Positions 24,019 through 27,623 of a DNA stretch of 27,623 bases are shown here, one piece after another (position 1 is the first letter of the stretch; each line of letters opens with the position of its first letter). Source of the DNA: a virus (taxonomy: Duplodnaviria; Caudoviricetes); IMG/VR virus record IMGVR_UViG_3300047403_000068, positions 1 through 27,623 of that record, one strand, 5' to 3'. The notes under the pieces are model-generated. The model saw nothing but the letters and a program-made list of their open reading frames with translations. It made no database searches and was not told where the DNA came from. Both the position numbers and the translations under genes were made by a program.

Positions 24019-24525
24019 TTACTCCACTTTTGCAAGAGACGATTGTACAGCGCGCATTGCAGGATCATCGTTGAATCGGCTGATTGAGCCGCGCGCACGA
24101 CTCTCAATCCGCTCTCTGATACTTTCAGGGTTGATATCATCCACGTTCATTCCCGTATCCATATCAACCAAACCACTGACGCTGTTCAATCCTAGACGCT
24201 GTAGCTGTTCTTCACTCTCAATGAACATAGAGTGTCCTTGTGGGAAGTACACCATGTATCCACCAACAATTTCCTTCTCGACTGGCGTAAACTTTCGTGC
24301 ATCTTTGTTCCACTCTTGCACGACGATCTTGTGCTTATGAAGTTCTCCAAGCGGCTCAACCTCAAATGCTTTTCGTGCATTTGCTTTGATCTTTGCAGCA
24401 AGTGCAGCATTGAATGCACCATCACTTGCAACAGCAGCAGCAATTCCACGCATCAATTCAGGATTAGTGCGGATTGCTTCGACTAGCTCTTGGATTGCTT
24501 CTGCGGTCATTGCTTGTTTTGCCAT
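24019..24525 (-). CDS. hypothetical head-module protein (168 aa)
   Basis: Strong SD AAGGAGAGAAGGTG; directly downstream of MCP. Confidence 0.7.
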   Translation of the reverse strand: MAKQAMTAEAIQELVEAIRTNPELMRGIAAAVASDGAFNAALAAKIKANARKAFEVEPLGELHKHKIVVQEWNKDARKFTPVEKEIVGGYMVYFPQGHSMFIESEEQLQRLGLNSVSGLVDMDTGMNVDDINPESIRERIESRARGSISRFNDDPAMRAVQSSLAKVE

Positions 24526-24555
24526 GTCACCTTCTCTCCTTCTCTAAATAGGATA

Positions 24556-24603
24556 TGTGGCGCACTGCTATCGGGAGGGAGGGGGAGACAACAGTGCGCC
24601 ACA
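24556..24603 (-). promoter_or_regulatory. 12-bp perfect stem-loop downstream of MCP (attenuator, processing or stability element)
   Basis: TGTGGCGCACTG 24556-24567 / CAGTGCGCCACA 24592-24603, 24-nt loop, no clear U-tract. Confidence 0.6.
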
Positions 24604-24615
24604 CAAGACTGGCTA

Positions 24616-25599
24616 TTAACCAGTCGTACCATTGCGGACAACTGCGTGAGTACGGAAAGCCCGCCACACACAATACTGTCCCTGCCATACAACGCGACGC
24701 CCAACAGCATCAACGTTCCACGGCGCAACAAGTTCCTTCACCTTCATGTTCACACCCTTGAGCATGTGAAGGCGAAGATACTTGCTATTGATGAAATACG
24801 CACGGTTTACACCGCAGTCCTCATCATACAAGCAAGTAATGCCGTTGTGCGTGAACCCCTGGAAACCAAGATCGTACATTGCTTTGCCGTTCTTGGTGTC
24901 AGAGATATTGATCACGATCTTATCACGCACAGCCTGTCGATAGATACGGACCATGTTGCGGCCCATAAGAATCAAGTCAGGCCGCTCGCCCTTGAGCGTA
25001 ACGTCCATGAGAACATCGTCGAATGCTTCTTCAATGTTCGTAGCATCAAGCGCACCAGAGAACTGATACGCAGACGTACGCCACTGTTGTTCAGCACCAC
25101 GATCAATATTACCAAACGTGCCCGTAGTCGGATCGTCAGGAATTGTCGCAGCAAGTCCATACGGATCAGTGCCGGAGCCTGAGCCGTAGAGATACACGCT
25201 GAACTTTTCCTTGATCGATTCCTCAAGGATATCAAGTTTGCTCTTTAGCAGTTTGAACAGAGCAGCTTGTCCCTGATTTTCGTCTTGCTCTTGATCGCTG
25301 ATGATCACCGTACCAGCAACACGCGACCAACCATAGCGGATCGTGTTGAACTCACTGGTTTGCCCGATCGGTACTTGATCGTAGTACTGATACGAAGCAA
25401 TGTTCGGGTTGCGACCAACGATAAGCGGATTGGTAATGTTACCACCGCCATCTTCCGTCTCGACACGATCATTCGCAAACGCCCACGCCATTAGAGCGTT
25501 CGACTTAATCGATGCCATGATCAAGTTCTTGCGAGACTTGTCAAGCATCGAGTGAATGACAGTATCAAGTGTACCTGTAGCGTAGCCACCTGATAGCAT
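24616..25599 (-). CDS. major capsid protein (HK97 fold, podovirus type)
   Basis: 327 aa; GGGNITNPL, ISDQEQDENQG..LFKLLKSKL, YLYGSG..DPYGL, GNIDR..WR, PDLIL, LGFQG, YFINSKYL; follows the scaffold; double stop TAA TAG. Confidence 0.9.
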   Translation of the reverse strand: MLSGGYATGTLDTVIHSMLDKSRKNLIMASIKSNALMAWAFANDRVETEDGGGNITNPLIVGRNPNIASYQYYDQVPIGQTSEFNTIRYGWSRVAGTVIISDQEQDENQGQAALFKLLKSKLDILEESIKEKFSVYLYGSGSGTDPYGLAATIPDDPTTGTFGNIDRGAEQQWRTSAYQFSGALDATNIEEAFDDVLMDVTLKGERPDLILMGRNMVRIYRQAVRDKIVINISDTKNGKAMYDLGFQGFTHNGITCLYDEDCGVNRAYFINSKYLRLHMLKGVNMKVKELVAPWNVDAVGRRVVWQGQYCVWRAFRTHAVVRNGTTG

Positions 25600-25635
25600 T
25601 TCTCACTCTCCAAAAGTTACGCACTCGCCCGAGTG

Positions 25636-26679
25636 CTAGTTGCCAAGACCTGCGTCTCGTAGAGCTTCGCGTACAATGTCACTGTTACGTCCACTACGCG
25701 AAGGTGTACGGTTCATCGGTTGATTATTCGCACCGCCACGTCCATTCGGAAGTGGGCGGCGGTTAGCATTACCGGGCGCGGCATTACCGCTCTTTCCATT
25801 CTGTTGTCTTGCAGCGATTTGAGGCATCAAAGGCTTGCTCCAATCGAATTGATGCTGATGCATCCAAGACTTCAAACGGAAGTAGAGTTCGGAGACTGAG
25901 ATTTGTGGCGCACGTGTAACCATTTGCGCCAACACATCCTCGTGGACAGCAGCATCAGGATACTGAGACATGAAGCTCGTGTACTCTGCTTCTGTTTCTC
26001 TAAGAGCCTGTTCCCTTGCTTGCTGTGTCTCACGGTCAGATAGCAACGGCTTGAGCTTGGCTTCTAGAAGCTGGTTGATTGCTTCCATATCGAGCCCAGG
26101 CGTGTCGCCAATAGTGACATTGTGCCCCTGCGCGCGGGCGGAAGTCAACAGGGATTTGATGGTTTCAGTCGGATTTTTCCGAATGTTAGCCAGTAGTTGC
26201 AGTGCAACACCAATATCATCCGGCTTCAATCCAAGCGAAGGTAGCATTTGCATAGATGAACGATAACCATTCAGTTCACCAGTCAATTCACGAACACGTC
26301 CCTCTAACTCCTGCGTGTTTCGCTGCGCTTGCTGCAACTGTCCCCACATACGCCTCTGTGCGCCAGCATTCGCAATGACTTCACCAGTATCAGCATTGAT
26401 TACATTCCCCTGTTGATCAATCCTGGTACGAATATCACCCTGCGCTTGCGTTTGCGTGGACTGTTGGCGGCCTTGGTTATTTCTGCCAGACTGCTGATTG
26501 TTTGTATTGCCTTGTTCACGCTGTTGCGTTTGCTGTTGTTGGCTCTGCGTACCCTGATTTTCAGCGGTCGAACTGTTGTCAGGCGTGGCATTTCCCTCTC
26601 CACCACCGAGCGTTTGCTCAATCGCAGACTCAACTACGCTAGAATTGTCATTACCTGTGTTAGTATCACGATCACCCAT
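25636..26679 (-). CDS. capsid scaffolding protein
   Basis: Between portal and MCP; disordered Q/N-rich N-terminus, coiled coil, basic C-terminal tail ending in a short helix; GGAG SD favours ATG 26679. Confidence 0.75.
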   Translation of the reverse strand: MGDRDTNTGNDNSSVVESAIEQTLGGGEGNATPDNSSTAENQGTQSQQQQTQQREQGNTNNQQSGRNNQGRQQSTQTQAQGDIRTRIDQQGNVINADTGEVIANAGAQRRMWGQLQQAQRNTQELEGRVRELTGELNGYRSSMQMLPSLGLKPDDIGVALQLLANIRKNPTETIKSLLTSARAQGHNVTIGDTPGLDMEAINQLLEAKLKPLLSDRETQQAREQALRETEAEYTSFMSQYPDAAVHEDVLAQMVTRAPQISVSELYFRLKSWMHQHQFDWSKPLMPQIAARQQNGKSGNAAPGNANRRPLPNGRGGANNQPMNRTPSRSGRNSDIVREALRDAGLGN

Positions 26680-26700
26680 TGTACTCACTCCATTAGGAGG

Positions 26701-27623
26701 TTATGCAGAACCCGCTGCACCGGTAGTGGCACCTTCTCCACCAAGACTTTGTTCGATTTCCTGCAATATCTGTGCAGCAGGAACACCTTGGATCAACGCC
26801 TTAGAGAATACTAGCTTCAACTTAGGCGGAAGTTGATCAAGGATGTTGATTGGAATGCCTTTGGAAACACTAGGAGTAGGTTGTCCATTACTAGGAGTAG
26901 GTTGCCCACCCCCTGTACTATTCCCCCGCTGCATCTGCAACTGTATCGACTGCTCGATTTGTCTCCAATCATCCTTTCCGATCACTACTTCGTTAAATGC
27001 ACGTTCTAGAACACGTAGCATAACGAGAATGACAGCAGGAGATGCGTTCGCAAACTGTCCGAGAGTCTGTCCGAGTGATATTGCTTCTTTCTTCTTCGTT
27101 GGACTCGTTGGCTTCTGTGAACTGCCACCAATAATTTCCATCGGGAAAGACAACTCGAAGTCCTTTGCAGACATATTCCTCCAAGACTCTGCGTACTTTG
27201 GTCCGATCAACGTCGAAACAACAGCAGGGTCCATGTTTGCTACACACAATGCAGCAACCTTGGCGAATATGTCTCCAATGAAGTCCTCGATAGCATCAAT
27301 CTTTGCATCCACACGAAGCTGCGTAGTTGCATCGTATGTATCAATCGCTTGATTTGTCGTGTTCGTCTTGAACTGAGCCCCACGCATCACTTCATTCGTG
27401 CCAGTTAGACGATCAATTGCTTCAATCTTTGCTGCTTTTGCTTGTCCGAATATCTGAGGGAACTGCAAAGATGCAGGAGTGTTGTACAGCATATGGTCAC
27501 TCAGCTTCGTTCCTTCCGGCAAAGGAATGCCACGAGCAGTTCCATCATATCCTTTGTTAGCTGCATCAAACTCATCCTTGCTAATCACATTCGAGTTGTA
27601 TATGACATTCTCTCGAATAGACT
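26701..27623 (-). CDS. portal protein, C-terminal part (5' end outside the window)
   Basis: Frame stays open to the window edge; IDRLTGTNEVMRG...TT.QAI motif typical of podovirus portals; position before scaffold and MCP. Confidence 0.8.
   Translation of the reverse strand, partial: SIRENVIYNSNVISKDEFDAANKGYDGTARGIPLPEGTKLSDHMLYNTPASLQFPQIFGQAKAAKIEAIDRLTGTNEVMRGAQFKTNTTNQAIDTYDATTQLRVDAKIDAIEDFIGDIFAKVAALCVANMDPAVVSTLIGPKYAESWRNMSAKDFELSFPMEIIGGSSQKPTSPTKKKEAISLGQTLGQFANASPAVILVMLRVLERAFNEVVIGKDDWRQIEQSIQLQMQRGNSTGGGQPTPSNGQPTPSVSKGIPINILDQLPPKLKLVFSKALIQGVPAAQILQEIEQSLGGEGATTGAAGSA
26869..26907. repeat. 21-bp-period direct repeat (GQPTPS x2) in the portal C-terminal linker
   Basis: ACTAGGAGTAGGTTG at 26869-26883 and 26890-26904. 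Confidence 0.7.

Noticed and set aside
24573-24587. G-quadruplex GGGAGGGAGGGGGAG
   Set aside because: Only three runs of three or more G, and it lies on the non-mRNA strand; better explained as the complement of the pyrimidine loop
24490-25182. 230-aa + strand ORF opposite MCP, and other antisense ORFs such as 1033-1590, 16120-16844 and 26329-27352
   Set aside because: Shadow ORFs explained by codon bias of the real genes; no SD or recognisable domain
25600-25638. Scaffold-MCP read-through fusion (same frame)
   Set aside because: A second in-frame stop (TGA) lies in the spacer
1-27623. Stop-codon reassignment, tRNA genes, CRISPR array, DGR/reverse transcriptase, intein or intron, integrase
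   Set aside because: Genes tile densely under the standard code with all three stops used; polymerase and helicase motifs are contiguous; no cloverleaf, repeat-spacer array, RT or recombinase motifs were seen by eye

Overview
This window is most of the genome core of a tailed dsDNA bacteriophage with podovirus-like architecture. The host is plausibly alphaproteobacterial, inferred from the 3TM holin family and a Cys-pair secreted-protein family. Two arms converge at about 8.6 kb. The + arm (1-8606) holds a consensus sigma70 promoter, a Sak4-like AAA ATPase, a DUF669-like SSB, a small basic protein, a terminator, an RHH protein, a RecD2/Dda-like helicase, a dNMP kinase, a family A DNA polymerase with an N-terminal family-4-UDG-like domain, a DUF3987 helicase and a T4-type endolysin. 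The - arm (27623 to 8581) holds a partial portal, scaffold, major capsid, decoration and tail adaptor/nozzle proteins, tail fibres, four internal/ejection proteins, a holin and a 44-aa membrane peptide. No tRNA, CRISPR array, integrase, terminase, primase or RNA polymerase was recognised. The most notable observations are: (i) a UDG-PolA fusion with a degenerate glycosylase pocket, His at the PolI-762 position and an HDA motif C, overlapping a divergent dNMP kinase; (ii) a lysis module split across convergent transcripts; (iii) an H-type pseudoknot before the SSB gene; (iv) seven EVYGP repeats in an ejection protein; and (v) three small ORFs missing or mis-started in the ORF track. All family assignments come from motif recognition by eye; no searches were run.
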